DNA of 64,000 nucleotides, taken from the NCBI GenBank assembly GCA_963422375.2, contig OY729428.2, positions 864,001-928,000 on the forward strand, read 5' to 3'. Under the pieces are notes generated by a model. The model searched no databases. It worked only from the letters and a program-made list of their open reading frames with translations, and was not told the DNA's origin. This DNA is from Bryobacterales bacterium. Its GTDB lineage: Bacteria > Acidobacteriota > Terriglobia > Bryobacterales > UBA6623. Of the stretch, positions 27,620 to 37,906 are shown piece by piece. Position 1 is the stretch's first letter. Each line of letters starts with the position of its first letter. A program made the position numbers and the translations under genes.

Positions 27620-29791
27620 TCAGCGGACCAGCGACTTGGCGAGAGCGGTGTTGCCGGCCCTGTCGCGGACCCGCAGTACGACGAGGTGCTCGCCCTCCTC
27701 GAGATCGCCCGGGCTCAGGGTGAAATCCTCGCGTCGCGCGTCGTGAATGCCGTCGTCCGGCAGGACGGGCCGCCACTCGCCGGCATTCACGGAGAATTCG
27801 GCGGAGCGGATTTCGGAGGCCGCGTCCTCGGCCGCGAAGCGCAGCTCGCCACCCTCCGCTCGCGGCAGGACCCTGAGGGCCGGGGGCGTACGGTCCACCA
27901 AGACCGGTCGACTGACCCGCTCGGCGCTGAGCGCGCGGCCCGCGGGATTCACCTTGCCGTCGTCGACGCGCACGCGGAATTCGTAGCGCCCGTCGGCCAG
28001 TGAGTCGCTGTCGATGGAGAATCGCGGCCCGGGCAACTCGTCCCGCACCTTCTTCCACTCGGTCTCGCCCTCGCCGCGAAACGACACCTCGGCGCGCAGT
28101 TCGTCGCCGTCGGGGTCTTCCGCGCCCCATACGATGGCCAGCTTGCGCACCGCGGAGCTCGCGGCGGACTGGCCGCCGGCCTGCTGCGGGGGGCTGGACG
28201 AGCCGGAGGCCGACACGGTGATGCTGTAGCTGCTGGTGCTGTCGGCGGTCTTGGCAGCCGAGCTCGTAGAGGCCTTGGCGGCTTCCGGCACCACGTTCAC
28301 CGAGCGCACCACCGGCGCGCTGTTCTGCGGCAGGTAGTGAACGCGCACGGAATCGAGGCGGGCAGGGCCCCGCAAGGTCGCGCGCCATTGCAGGAAGCGG
28401 GCCGCCGGGGATGTCACCGGAGACCCGGCGCTGTCGGGCAAGGCCTCGGACCAAGCGCTCCAGCTCGAGTCGGGCCGGTACGTGTTCCCGCTGCGCGTGA
28501 CGATTTCTGTAGTCGCTCCGTCGCGGACGCGCCACGAGAGGCGCCCCCACTGCGAGATGCCGCCGGTGTCGCGCGGAGCTGTCTCGTAGACTCCGAGCGC
28601 GGCGGGAGCGGGACCCAGCCTCTGCAGGGTGCCGCCGTGGGCCGAGCCGACCAGGACGCCTTCCGGCGACCGCAGCAGGGCGGTCATCTGGGCCCTGCCG
28701 GTCTGGGAGAGAAGGCTCAGGTTGCGGTCGGCGCCGGTCCTGTAGATCCGGCCCTCGCGGTCCGTGGCGACCAGAACCCTGGCCGGCGGCCCTCCCTCCA
28801 GCGCCAGCCCGAGGATGTTCTCTTCCGACGACGACCAGAGCTTGTCGACGGCCTGCCCGTCCAGGAAACGCATCAGGGCGGCGCGCTCGCCGCTGTACAC
28901 GACCTGCGTCTGGGAGTAGGAAACCCCGGAAGCGACCTGGGCGGTCCCGACCTGCACGGCGGCATTGGAAGCGGCGGGCGCGGCCTGCGCCTGGACGCCC
29001 GCCTGCTGGCTCGGAATCGCCTGCAGCAGCCGGTCCATGCCGCCTCCCATCGCGGCGAAGTAGACCGCGCCGTCCGCGTCCGTCACGACCGACCGGACCT
29101 CGGGCAAGTCCGAGTCGTAGAGCGCGAAGGCCGTGCCGTCGTCTTCCAGCCTGAACAGAATTCCGTTGGGATCCGTGCCCGCCAGCACCTTCCCTGCGGC
29201 GTCGAGCGCCAGGCTGATCACGTGCCGCTGGCCGGACTCGAACCAAGTCTCCCCGCGGCCGTCGGGCGTGACGCGGTAGACCTTGCCGGAGCCTCCGGTG
29301 CCGACGACAAGCCGCCCCTCACCGTCGAACGCCAAGGACCAGATGTAGTCCTGTCCCGGATCGAAGAACTCGGTCGCGGCACCGTCGACGGTAATCCGGT
29401 ACACCCTCCCTTTCGGGGAAGTGCCTGCGTAGAGATGCCCGTCAGGGCCGACCGCCAGCGCGAAGACCTCGATTTCGGGGGCCTTCCAGAGCAGCCCGCC
29501 GGACCCATCCGGGGGCACGCGGAACACCGCTCCCTGGTGGCCGGTGCCGTAGTAGACCGTGCCGTCCGCGCCGCGCGCAATCGACCAGACGACGGCTTGG
29601 TCGGACGCATGGACCTCGTCGAGGGCCGGCGCGACGTGCAGGAATCCCTCGCGGTCCACGCCGACGTTCTCGAACGTGCCGGCGAGGAAGTCTCCGTAGC
29701 TCGAGAGCTCCCAGCTCTTGGTGCCTCCCGCGGTGGCCAATGCCGGCTGCAGCGCGGCCGCGAGCAGGACCGCGTAGCGTCGCGCAAGCAA
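27620..29791 (-). CDS. Secreted beta-propeller protein with C-terminal Ig/FN3-like domains, function unknown
   Basis: Signal peptide, repeats (VWSIA, VFALA, IWSLA, VISLA ... YAGTSPKGRVYRI), TRSGNT..PDSSWSAWS, EDPDGDEL; directly follows the S55 gene. Confidence 0.8.
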   Translation of the reverse strand: MLARRYAVLLAAALQPALATAGGTKSWELSSYGDFLAGTFENVGVDREGFLHVAPALDEVHASDQAVVWSIARGADGTVYYGTGHQGAVFRVPPDGSGGLLWKAPEIEVFALAVGPDGHLYAGTSPKGRVYRITVDGAATEFFDPGQDYIWSLAFDGEGRLVVGTGGSGKVYRVTPDGRGETWFESGQRHVISLALDAAGKVLAGTDPNGILFRLEDDGTAFALYDSDLPEVRSVVTDADGAVYFAAMGGGMDRLLQAIPSQQAGVQAQAAPAASNAAVQVGTAQVASGVSYSQTQVVYSGERAALMRFLDGQAVDKLWSSSEENILGLALEGGPPARVLVATDREGRIYRTGADRNLSLLSQTGRAQMTALLRSPEGVLVGSAHGGTLQRLGPAPAALGVYETAPRDTGGISQWGRLSWRVRDGATTEIVTRSGNTYRPDSSWSAWSEALPDSAGSPVTSPAARFLQWRATLRGPARLDSVRVHYLPQNSAPVVRSVNVVPEAAKASTSSAAKTADSTSSYSITVSASGSSSPPQQAGGQSAASSAVRKLAIVWGAEDPDGDELRAEVSFRGEGETEWKKVRDELPGPRFSIDSDSLADGRYEFRVRVDDGKVNPAGRALSAERVSRPVLVDRTPPALRVLPRAEGGELRFAAEDAASEIRSAEFSVNAGEWRPVLPDDGIHDARREDFTLSPGDLEEGEHLVVLRVRDRAGNTALAKSLVR

Positions 29792-29796
29792 GCCGA

Positions 29797-31644
29797 TCAG
29801 CTCCCGGTCACCACGAAGCGGAGGGACAGGCTCCCTCGAACGACGCCTCGGAAGCCGTCGACCGTCCGGTTGTCCACGGTGGTCGACAGGCTGGCGAGGG
29901 CACCGGCGCCACGCCCCGCGGGCGTCGAGAGGACGGCGTGCAGCGACGCCGGCGGATCGGGCAGCCTGTCCGAGAGCATCCACAGCGAGCGCTTGCGCCG
30001 CCAGATGCGCACGTAGGCCCGGTCGCTGCCGCGAAGGCCGTTCAGGAAGCGGATCGTCGCGGCGGCGTCCAGCACCTTGCGGCCTGCGAGCAGGCCGCGC
30101 CACTGCTGGAGATTGGCGGTAAAGGCGTCGCCGACCGTCACTTCCACCGGTCCCGCCGGCATCGAGACCGGGACGGCGTAGGGCAGAGAATGCGTCCGCT
30201 CGGTCCCGTCGGGCCCTTTGGCCACGAAGCGGATTTCGACAGTCTCCCCCGGCCGCACCTGCGTCTTGGAGAGCCAGGCCCTCACCAGATCCGTATAGGC
30301 GTCGGCGGGGTCCGTCGCCACCTCGAGGTCGAGCGAGTCGACTTCGACGCCGGCGTGACGGGTCTGCAGCAGGTACGAGAGAGGCGCCGCGCTGGACAGG
30401 GCGGCCGCTTGGGCGACGCCGGCCGTTCCGGTATAGATGTCGTCCAGCACCAAGCGCGGCAGCCCGTTCCTGAATTCAGTCCCGCCGCGGACCCGCACGG
30501 TGAGCGGCCCCAGCGAGCGGTCGGCGACGCTGACTGCGGAGAACAGCGCCAGCTGCAGCAGGAAGGGCGTGAGCTGGGCGTCTCGCACTAGGTCCATCGA
30601 GTAGTCGGCCGAGGTGCCGTCGGACCGCCGCACGCGGATGGAGCAGGGCACCATGTCCGGACCTGGCCCGAGCGCGCCCGCGATTCCCGCTTCGCGGTCG
30701 AGCGAGATAGTTCCGATCACGGGGCCCGTGCCGCTGAGCTTGAAGGACGCGTTCAGGTTCGGGACCAGCGTCATGACCGACGCGCGCATCATCGGCATCT
30801 CGGTATTGCCGCTCGACAGGAAGCGGTGCCCGAACGCGAAGACCCGCTCGCCGTCTACGTGCGTCACGGTTCCCGACGCCGTGAACGTCATGTCTCCGAG
30901 CATCAGCCCCACGCCGATCATGGAACCCGGCTCGAGCGCGTCGCCGGAGTCGGACCTCAGGTTGCCTCCCGAGCCTTGCAGCGGGCGCAGCCCCAGCCGC
31001 TCGAAGGCGTCGGCATAGACATCGAGGGCCCTCTCGGGAAACCCGCCCAGGGAGACGGGGGTAGCGATGGGCCGGAACCGCCCGGTCGGCCCGCTTGGGC
31101 GGTCGACCGCCTCCCGCGGGATCCCCACCAGATCGCGCCATGCGTCCAAGGTGCCCGCCGACGGGCCGGGGGCCCGCGCACGAGTCTCGAATCCCGCGAC
31201 CATCTCGCCGATCGGCCGGATGCCCGCCAGCGGTTCCGTGGAGAAGGGGTACATGAACGCCACCGCGCCGGCCAAGCGTCCGTCGATGTAGACCGGGCTC
31301 CCGCTCATGCCCGACATCACGCCGGTGCGCTCGAGCGGGCCGCCCGAGAACCGTCCCATGATGATCGAGGACTTCGGACCTGCGTAGTTCTCGAGGACTC
31401 CCAGAATCTCGACATCGAATTCCTCGACCGCACTGCCGGAGAACACGGTACGGCCCATGGCCTGCAGCCCCGGACGAATCTCCTCGAGCGGAAAGAAGCC
31501 CTGACCTTGGAGAGCGCCGGAAAGCAGGGCCAATAGCGCTATGTACCGCAACAAGGCCCATTCTAGCCGCCCGCTCGGCCCCAGCCCCGTACGCGCCCGG
31601 ACTGGACGGGCGCTGCGAGCCGGGACCGGACTTGTCGATTTCAT
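29797..31644 (-). CDS. SpoIVB peptidase S55 domain protein
   Basis: GRTVFSG..VEEFDVEILGVL, GVMSGMSGSPVYIDGRLAGAV, GTVTHVDGERVFAFGH. True start may be nearer 31550. Confidence 0.88.
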   Translation of the reverse strand: MKSTSPVPARSARPVRARTGLGPSGRLEWALLRYIALLALLSGALQGQGFFPLEEIRPGLQAMGRTVFSGSAVEEFDVEILGVLENYAGPKSSIIMGRFSGGPLERTGVMSGMSGSPVYIDGRLAGAVAFMYPFSTEPLAGIRPIGEMVAGFETRARAPGPSAGTLDAWRDLVGIPREAVDRPSGPTGRFRPIATPVSLGGFPERALDVYADAFERLGLRPLQGSGGNLRSDSGDALEPGSMIGVGLMLGDMTFTASGTVTHVDGERVFAFGHRFLSSGNTEMPMMRASVMTLVPNLNASFKLSGTGPVIGTISLDREAGIAGALGPGPDMVPCSIRVRRSDGTSADYSMDLVRDAQLTPFLLQLALFSAVSVADRSLGPLTVRVRGGTEFRNGLPRLVLDDIYTGTAGVAQAAALSSAAPLSYLLQTRHAGVEVDSLDLEVATDPADAYTDLVRAWLSKTQVRPGETVEIRFVAKGPDGTERTHSLPYAVPVSMPAGPVEVTVGDAFTANLQQWRGLLAGRKVLDAAATIRFLNGLRGSDRAYVRIWRRKRSLWMLSDRLPDPPASLHAVLSTPAGRGAGALASLSTTVDNRTVDGFRGVVRGSLSLRFVVTGS

Positions 31645-32118
31645 CGCACCGGACGTGGTCCGGTCGTCGCCTCGGTACGCGCTCGAAAGCCCCCTCGCTG
31701 CCGGTGTGTCGGGCGCTCCGTCCATTGGCCGTCGTGGGTTGCGCCCGGTCGAAGGCTAGCCGCCGAGGCCGAGCTCACGAGATGCCCGGGCAATTGAATT
31801 CGATCCGGTCGAGGACCGGCACCCCGCGGGCAAGCGGAGCGGCCGGACTCGCGACCTCGGCGAATGCTTCGGGAGCGCGGTCCTGTCTGACTGAGCCGCG
31901 GAACGCTCTCGAAGTCACACGGGGCGACCTAGCACGGGCCCCGAGGCAATCGTCTCCCCGCGGACCGGGCAATTCTCGAGAAGTCAGCCTCCAGTTCCCG
32001 GCGCGGCGATCAGCTGGCGCTGCGGATATGGATTTCCCGCGCCCTCTCGAACCTCGTCGGACCGAATGGCGGACTTCACTGCCGGTCGCGGGTCCGCGCT
32101 GTCCTACTATGGGACAGA

Positions 32119-35100
32119 ATGCGGATCCTGAGACTATCCGGCTCGTGCGCGGCTCTTCTGCTCGTCGCGGCCGTCGCCCCGGCACAGCAAACCAGCGGGC
32201 GGATCCGCGGCACCGTCCTCGACCCCAGCGGCGGGGCCGTGCCGGGCGCGAGCGTCACGGCCGTCCGTGTCGAGACCGGCGAGGTCCGAAGCACCTCGAC
32301 CGGCGCGGCCGGCTTCTACGTCCTCCCCGCCCTCGCCGTCGGCGGCTACGTCCTGACAGTCGAGGCCGACGGCTTCCGGCGGGCCTCGCGGGAGCCCGTA
32401 GGTCTCGAGGTGGGCGGCGACGCCAAGGCCGATTTCGTCCTGGAGGTCGGTGCCGCAAGCGACGAGGTCACCGTGCCCGGGGTCCCGACGGCTCTCGACA
32501 CGGCTGGCGCCACCGTCGGAACGGTAATTCCCAACCGGTTCGTCACGAGCCTGCCGCTGAACGGGCGGAACTTCCTCGAGCTGTCCCTGCTCACTCCGGG
32601 CGCGACGCCGGCGGCCGTCGGCTCTCCGGGCAGCGAGAGGGGCCGCTTCGCCCTGCAAGCGAACGGCGCTCGCGAATCCGCGAACTCGTTCCTATACGAC
32701 GGCGTCTACGCCATCGACCCAATCCTGAACAGCTTCGCCTTCGCCCCGCCAGTCGACGCGGTGCGCGAGTTCCGCATCCAGACGTCCAATTCGGAAGCCG
32801 GCCTGGGCCGGAACAGCGGGGGCCAGATCTCGGTGGCGATCAAGCAGGGCACGAACGAGATCCACGGCACCGCGTACGAATTCCTGCGCAACGACCGCTT
32901 CGACGCCCGCAATTTCTTCAGCGGACCGGGCGACCCGGTGCCGACCCTGCGGCGGAACCAGTTCGGCGCGTCCGCGGGCGGCCCGCTGGCCCGGAACAAG
33001 GCGTTCTTCTTCGCCAACTTCGAGGGTCTGCGCGAGGCGCGCGCCGAAACCCGCACCACCAACGTCCCGACGCCGGCGGAGCGCGCGGGCGACTTCTCCG
33101 CCTCCGCGGCGATGCCCATCGACTTCATGAGGCGGCAGCCCTTTCCGAACGCACGGCTTCCCTTCGCCCACCCGATCGGAGAGGCCGTGGCCGGCCTCTA
33201 CCCCCTCCCTAACCGCGAGAGCCCCGGCCAGAATTTCGTCGCGGCCCCGGTCGGGGACGACCGGGGAGACAAGTTCGACATCCGCCTGGACGGACGCCTC
33301 GGGCAGGCCGGCCAGCTATCCGGGCGCTACAGCTTCGCCGACAGCGACCGCTCGGAGCCCTACGCCGCGCAGCAGTTCTCGTCGGTTCCCGGATTTGGCA
33401 ACCGGCTGGACCAGCGCGGCCAGAACGCCATGGTGTCGGAGACGCACGTCCTCGGAGCGAACTGGATCAACGAGGCCCGCTTCGGCCTCAACCGCATCGC
33501 CAACCGCACCCTGCACCAGAACAGCGGCTCGAGCCTGAACAGCAAGATCGGACTGCCGGACTTCGCAACTCGGGAGATCGACCTAGGGCTGAGCTTTTTC
33601 CAAGTCACCGGTTTCTCGTCTCTCGGGGGCGAGTTCAACAACCCGCAGGTCAGCACCGTGACCACGTGGCAGGTGTCCGACACGCTGAGCTATTCGCGGG
33701 GAAGCCATCTGCTGCAGGTCGGCGCGGAGCACCGCGGCATCGGCCAGGACGGCTTCCGGAACGTGCTCTCGCGCGGGAGCCTGTACTTCACGGACCGGGC
33801 CTACACCCAGAACGCGCTCGCGGACCTGCTGCTGGGCCTGCCCACCTATACGCTGGCCGCGCGCAGCGACACGCTGCAGCAGGCCCGGACCGGTGGTACC
33901 AACGCGTTCGCGACGGACAGCTGGCGGGTGTCGCGCAACCTGACGCTCTCGCTGGGCCTGCGGTACGAGTACAACGTCCCCTCGTACGACGCGGCGGACG
34001 CCGCCTCGATCTACGACCCCGCCAGCATGCAAATCGTGCAGCTCGGCCAAGGGAGCCTGACCCGCAGCGGGGTGCTCGCGGACCGGAACAACCTAGCGCC
34101 CCGCGTCGGCCTGGCCTTCCGTCCCTCCGGCACCGACCGGATCGTCGTGCGATCCGGCTGGGGCCTCTACTACAACTTCTCGGATCTCGCGGCGGGCCAG
34201 GGGATCTACTTCAACCCGCCGTTCTTCGAGTCGCTGCTGTTCTTCCCGTCCCCAACCGCTCCGCTTAGCATCCAGCAGCCGTGGCCCGAAGGCCAGGCAG
34301 CCCCCATCCCCCCGAGCGTGACCACCTACGACCGCAACTTGCGCACGACCTACGCGCAGCAATGGAACTTCACCGTGCAGACGGATCTGCTCGAGGACAC
34401 CGTGCTCAGCGTGGGATACAACGGCTCGCGGGGGATCAAGCTGATCGGCGCCCGCGACATCAACCAGCCCGCCCCGTCGCCGGCGCAGCCGAACTACCGC
34501 CCTCTGCCGATCTTCTCCGACATCAACCTGATCGCGTCGTCGTTCGATTCCGTCTACCACAGCCTCCAAGCGCAGTTCCAGTGCCGCTTCCAGACTGGCC
34601 TGACGGGCCTGTTCTCGTACACTTGGTCCAAGTCGATCGACAACGCCTCGAACTTCTTCGCGTCCGCCGGGGACGCCAACTACCCGCAGGACAGCAACAA
34701 CGTCGCTGCCGAACGGGCGCGTTCCAGCTTCGACGTACCTCATCGGTTCACCGGAAGCTTCGTCTACGAGCTGCCGTTCGGCCCCGGCAAGGCGTGGGGC
34801 GGCAGCTGGAGCGGCGGCGCGGCGAAGCTTCTGGGCGGCTGGCAGCTCAACGGCATCGTCACCATGCAGTCCGGGCAGCCCTACACGGTGGCCCTGCCGG
34901 GCGAGTTCGACAACTCGAACACGGGCCGCTCGAGCTACGGGTTCGGGGCGGGCGACCGGCCCGACCTAGCCCGCGACCCGAATCTTTCGGACCCCGACCC
35001 GGCGCGGTGGTTCGATCCGCAGGCCTTCTCCCTGCCCGCCTACGGCAGCTTCGGCAGCGCCGGACGCAACATCGTACAGGGCCCCGGCCTGGCGAACGCG

Positions 35101-35292
35101 GACTTCTCGGTGCTCAAGGACATCCAAGTCGGCGAATCGGCGACCCTGCAGTTCCGAGCCGAGTTCTTCAATCTCCTCAACACGCCCAGCTTTCTCAACC
35201 CCAACGTATTCTTCTCCACGCCGGGTTTCGGAAGGGTGCTGGCAGCACGAGACGGCCGCGAAGTGCAGTTCGGCGCGAAGCTCATCTTCTGA
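32119..35292 (+). CDS. TonB-dependent receptor (Oar-like, N-terminal carboxypeptidase-regulatory-like domain)
   Basis: GTVLDPSGGAVPGA, LPLNGRNF, YEFLRND.FDARNFF, QFRAEFFNLLN, C-terminal QFGAKLIF. Confidence 0.95.
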   Translation: MRILRLSGSCAALLLVAAVAPAQQTSGRIRGTVLDPSGGAVPGASVTAVRVETGEVRSTSTGAAGFYVLPALAVGGYVLTVEADGFRRASREPVGLEVGGDAKADFVLEVGAASDEVTVPGVPTALDTAGATVGTVIPNRFVTSLPLNGRNFLELSLLTPGATPAAVGSPGSERGRFALQANGARESANSFLYDGVYAIDPILNSFAFAPPVDAVREFRIQTSNSEAGLGRNSGGQISVAIKQGTNEIHGTAYEFLRNDRFDARNFFSGPGDPVPTLRRNQFGASAGGPLARNKAFFFANFEGLREARAETRTTNVPTPAERAGDFSASAAMPIDFMRRQPFPNARLPFAHPIGEAVAGLYPLPNRESPGQNFVAAPVGDDRGDKFDIRLDGRLGQAGQLSGRYSFADSDRSEPYAAQQFSSVPGFGNRLDQRGQNAMVSETHVLGANWINEARFGLNRIANRTLHQNSGSSLNSKIGLPDFATREIDLGLSFFQVTGFSSLGGEFNNPQVSTVTTWQVSDTLSYSRGSHLLQVGAEHRGIGQDGFRNVLSRGSLYFTDRAYTQNALADLLLGLPTYTLAARSDTLQQARTGGTNAFATDSWRVSRNLTLSLGLRYEYNVPSYDAADAASIYDPASMQIVQLGQGSLTRSGVLADRNNLAPRVGLAFRPSGTDRIVVRSGWGLYYNFSDLAAGQGIYFNPPFFESLLFFPSPTAPLSIQQPWPEGQAAPIPPSVTTYDRNLRTTYAQQWNFTVQTDLLEDTVLSVGYNGSRGIKLIGARDINQPAPSPAQPNYRPLPIFSDINLIASSFDSVYHSLQAQFQCRFQTGLTGLFSYTWSKSIDNASNFFASAGDANYPQDSNNVAAERARSSFDVPHRFTGSFVYELPFGPGKAWGGSWSGGAAKLLGGWQLNGIVTMQSGQPYTVALPGEFDNSNTGRSSYGFGAGDRPDLARDPNLSDPDPARWFDPQAFSLPAYGSFGSAGRNIVQGPGLANADFSVLKDIQVGESATLQFRAEFFNLLNTPSFLNPNVFFSTPGFGRVLAARDGREVQFGAKLIF

Positions 35293-35298
35293 CGCGCG

Positions 35299-36015
35299 TC
35301 AGCCGAGCCTGTCCCAGATCTTCGAGAACTCGTACACGCCCTTCCGTCCCACGATCCAGCGGGTCGCCTTGAGGGCCCCCCGAGCGAAGCCCAGGCGGCT
35401 CCTAGCGACGTGACTGACCCGAATGGTATCGGCTTCCGAGTCGAATCCGATCTCGTGAATTCCGGGAAACTGTCCCGCCCGCTGCGTGGCGACGTCCACG
35501 CGGCGCGAGTAGCCGGCGTCGCGCATGGCGTCGAGCAACCGCAAGGCGGTGCCGGACGGAGCGTCGACCTTGTACTTGTGATGCGCCTCGTAGAGGAATG
35601 CGTCGTAGTCCTCCTGCGCGGCGAGCGCCTTCGAGGCGGCCTCGACCACGCGATAGAACGCGTTCACGCCGATCGAGAAGTTCGCGCCGTACACGAGAGC
35701 CGAACCGTTCCGCTCCACGGCCGCGCGCACCCGGCCGAGGTCGTCCAGCCAGCCAGTCGTGCCGATCGCCAGCGGAATCCCGAGTTCCGCCAGACGCACG
35801 GCGTTGTCGGGAACCACCTCGGGAATCGAGAAGTCCAGCGCGGCGCGGATTCCCGCGAAGTTGGCCTCCGTCAGGCCGGCCCCGTCGGCGTTGTTGAACT
35901 CGTCGAGACGCAGGGCTACTTCAAATCCGTGCGAGGGGGCCAGCTGCTCTAACAGGCGGCCCATGCGGCCGTAGCCGACCAGCGCCAGCCTGTCCTGCGT
36001 TTCGCTCACGAGCAT
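35299..36015 (-). CDS. dapB: 4-hydroxy-tetrahydrodipicolinate reductase
   Basis: GYGRMG, DFS, IGTTG, NFSIGVN, EAHHKYKVDAPSGTA, FARGAL. Confidence 0.95.
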   Translation of the reverse strand: MLVSETQDRLALVGYGRMGRLLEQLAPSHGFEVALRLDEFNNADGAGLTEANFAGIRAALDFSIPEVVPDNAVRLAELGIPLAIGTTGWLDDLGRVRAAVERNGSALVYGANFSIGVNAFYRVVEAASKALAAQEDYDAFLYEAHHKYKVDAPSGTALRLLDAMRDAGYSRRVDVATQRAGQFPGIHEIGFDSEADTIRVSHVARSRLGFARGALKATRWIVGRKGVYEFSKIWDRLG

Positions 36016-37379
36016 TGTCCTTTCTGCGGTGCAGTGGCCTCGAAGAAGGTCGCGTGCAGGCGTCGAACCGCCGGCACAAGGTCCTTCTCGTCCACGACGA
36101 GCCCCACGTTCACTCTAGAGGCGCCGAGGGAAATCATGCGAATCCGAACGCCGCCGAGCGCGGAGAAGACCCGCGCCGCAATGCCCGGAGTATACCGGAT
36201 GCCCTCGCCGACCACGCATATAATCGCCTTCCCGGGGGCCGTCTCCGCACGGGAGAATGCGGATAGTCCGGCCAGAATCCCGGTCAAGTTGTCCGGGCGG
36301 TCAACCGTCACGGACACGCTCACCTCCGACGTGGAAACCATGTCGACCGCCGTCTCGAAGCGCTCGAAGACCGCGAAGACGCGCGCCAGGAAGCCGTGCG
36401 CCATGAGCATGCGAGTCGAGTAAATGTCGATCAGGCTGATGTGCTTCTTGTACACGACGGCCTTGACCGCCCTGCCGGATTCGACCGGATCCTTGCGAAT
36501 CAGGGTGCCGTCTCCCCGCGGGCGCCGTGAGTTGAGCACCCGGATTGGGATGCCCCCCTCGATAGCCGGGAGCATCGTGGAGGGGTGCAGCACCCGCCCG
36601 CCGAAGTAGGCGAGCTCGGATGCCTCGCGCAGAGAGAGCACAGGCAGGCTGCGCGCCGACGCCACCAGCGATGGATCGGCGGTCATGACCCCGTCGACAT
36701 CCGTCCAGATCTGGACTTCCTCGGCTCCGAGCGCGGAGCCCGCGATCGAGGCGGAATAGTCGGAGCCCCCGCGGCCCAAGGTCGTGGGCGAGCCGTCCTC
36801 GCCGCTCGCGATGAATCCGCCGATCACCGGCACGGTCCCTTCCGATAGCGGACCTTGAAGAGCCGCGCGCAACCTAGCGCGGGTGGGACCCGCGAGCGGG
36901 CTTGCCCCGCCGTGGCGGGACTCGGTGACAAACAGATCCCTAGAGTCGGGATTCTCGGCGCGCAGGCCGCGCTCGGCAAGTGCGACGGCCACGAGGCGGC
37001 TGGAGATGCGCTCTCCGCAGGCCAGCAGGGCGTCGTAGGCGGCGGACCGGGGGGAGAGGCCCGCGGGCGCGTGGGCGGGAGGCAGGAGTTCCGCAGCCTC
37101 GCCGACAACTCGGTCGACGAACGATGTCACCTCGGCCGCGGCGTCGCTCGAAACGACAGCCCGCGCGATGGCCACCGTTCGGTCGCGCAGAGCGCTCAGC
37201 CGCTCGGCCGCCGCCGGTCGCGGCATCCCTGCCGCCTCCGCCAAACGGTCGGTGGTGTCGCCAATCGCGGAAACCACGACGAGCGGCAGCCGGCTAGTTC
37301 GTCCCCGGACGATGGCGCAAGCCCGTTCGATCGCTTCGGGACTCCCTAGCGAGGTCCCGCCGAATTTGATGACGATCAA
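36006..37379 (-). CDS. lysC: Aspartate kinase
   Basis: KFGGTS, TTLGRGGSDYSA, IWTDVDG, ELAYFG..VLHP, two ACT domains. Confidence 0.96.
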   Translation of the reverse strand: MIVIKFGGTSLGSPEAIERACAIVRGRTSRLPLVVVSAIGDTTDRLAEAAGMPRPAAAERLSALRDRTVAIARAVVSSDAAAEVTSFVDRVVGEAAELLPPAHAPAGLSPRSAAYDALLACGERISSRLVAVALAERGLRAENPDSRDLFVTESRHGGASPLAGPTRARLRAALQGPLSEGTVPVIGGFIASGEDGSPTTLGRGGSDYSASIAGSALGAEEVQIWTDVDGVMTADPSLVASARSLPVLSLREASELAYFGGRVLHPSTMLPAIEGGIPIRVLNSRRPRGDGTLIRKDPVESGRAVKAVVYKKHISLIDIYSTRMLMAHGFLARVFAVFERFETAVDMVSTSEVSVSVTVDRPDNLTGILAGLSAFSRAETAPGKAIICVVGEGIRYTPGIAARVFSALGGVRIRMISLGASRVNVGLVVDEKDLVPAVRRLHATFFEATAPQKGQCS

Positions 37380-37685
37380 GGTCAGCTCTCCCTCTGGCCC
37401 GACGGCAGGGCCGCCCCGAGATTGGCGCGTTCCGCTGCGGGAGTCGCCGGGAATGTCTCCGCGGCACTCGCCGGCAGGGCCCCTAGAGTCCTAGCCCGGC
37501 ACCGACGGCAGGCACGGACAGACTTCTTAATTGTGCCAGCCGCCGCAGACATGGCCGGTCCGAGGGCGGCGGGCGCATTCCTTGGCCGCCTGCCGAGGCG
37601 GGCCGCACCGCCGTCCCCGAGGGCGAACCGAGCGGGTTAGACCGCGAAGTTGGGCGCGCAGCCCGCTCTCGAGACGCATCGCCGC

Positions 37686-37713
37686 TTGCCTCGCCTGCTC
37701 CGTCTGCTAAGAT
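37686..37713 (+). promoter_or_regulatory. Putative sigma70 promoter for tRNA-Ser
   Basis: TTGCCT (37686-91), 16-nt spacer, extended TGn-TAAGAT (37705-13), about 30 nt upstream of the tRNA. Confidence 0.55.
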
Positions 37714-37744
37714 GAGTCCAATCGAGGTACGCGTCGCTTGAACC

Positions 37745-37839
<95 letters not shown>

Positions 37840-37906
37840 GCCATAGCCAAGGGCACCCGGGATGCGTGCTCGAGTCCGCCTGCTCGAGAGGGCAGCGGTG
37901 TTCTAG

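Noticed and set aside
31650..32118. Possible cobalamin or other riboswitch upstream of the TonB receptor; also checked upstream of ribH and lysC
   Set aside because: No B12-box, FMN or lysine riboswitch consensus recognised by eye; a covariance-model search would be needed.
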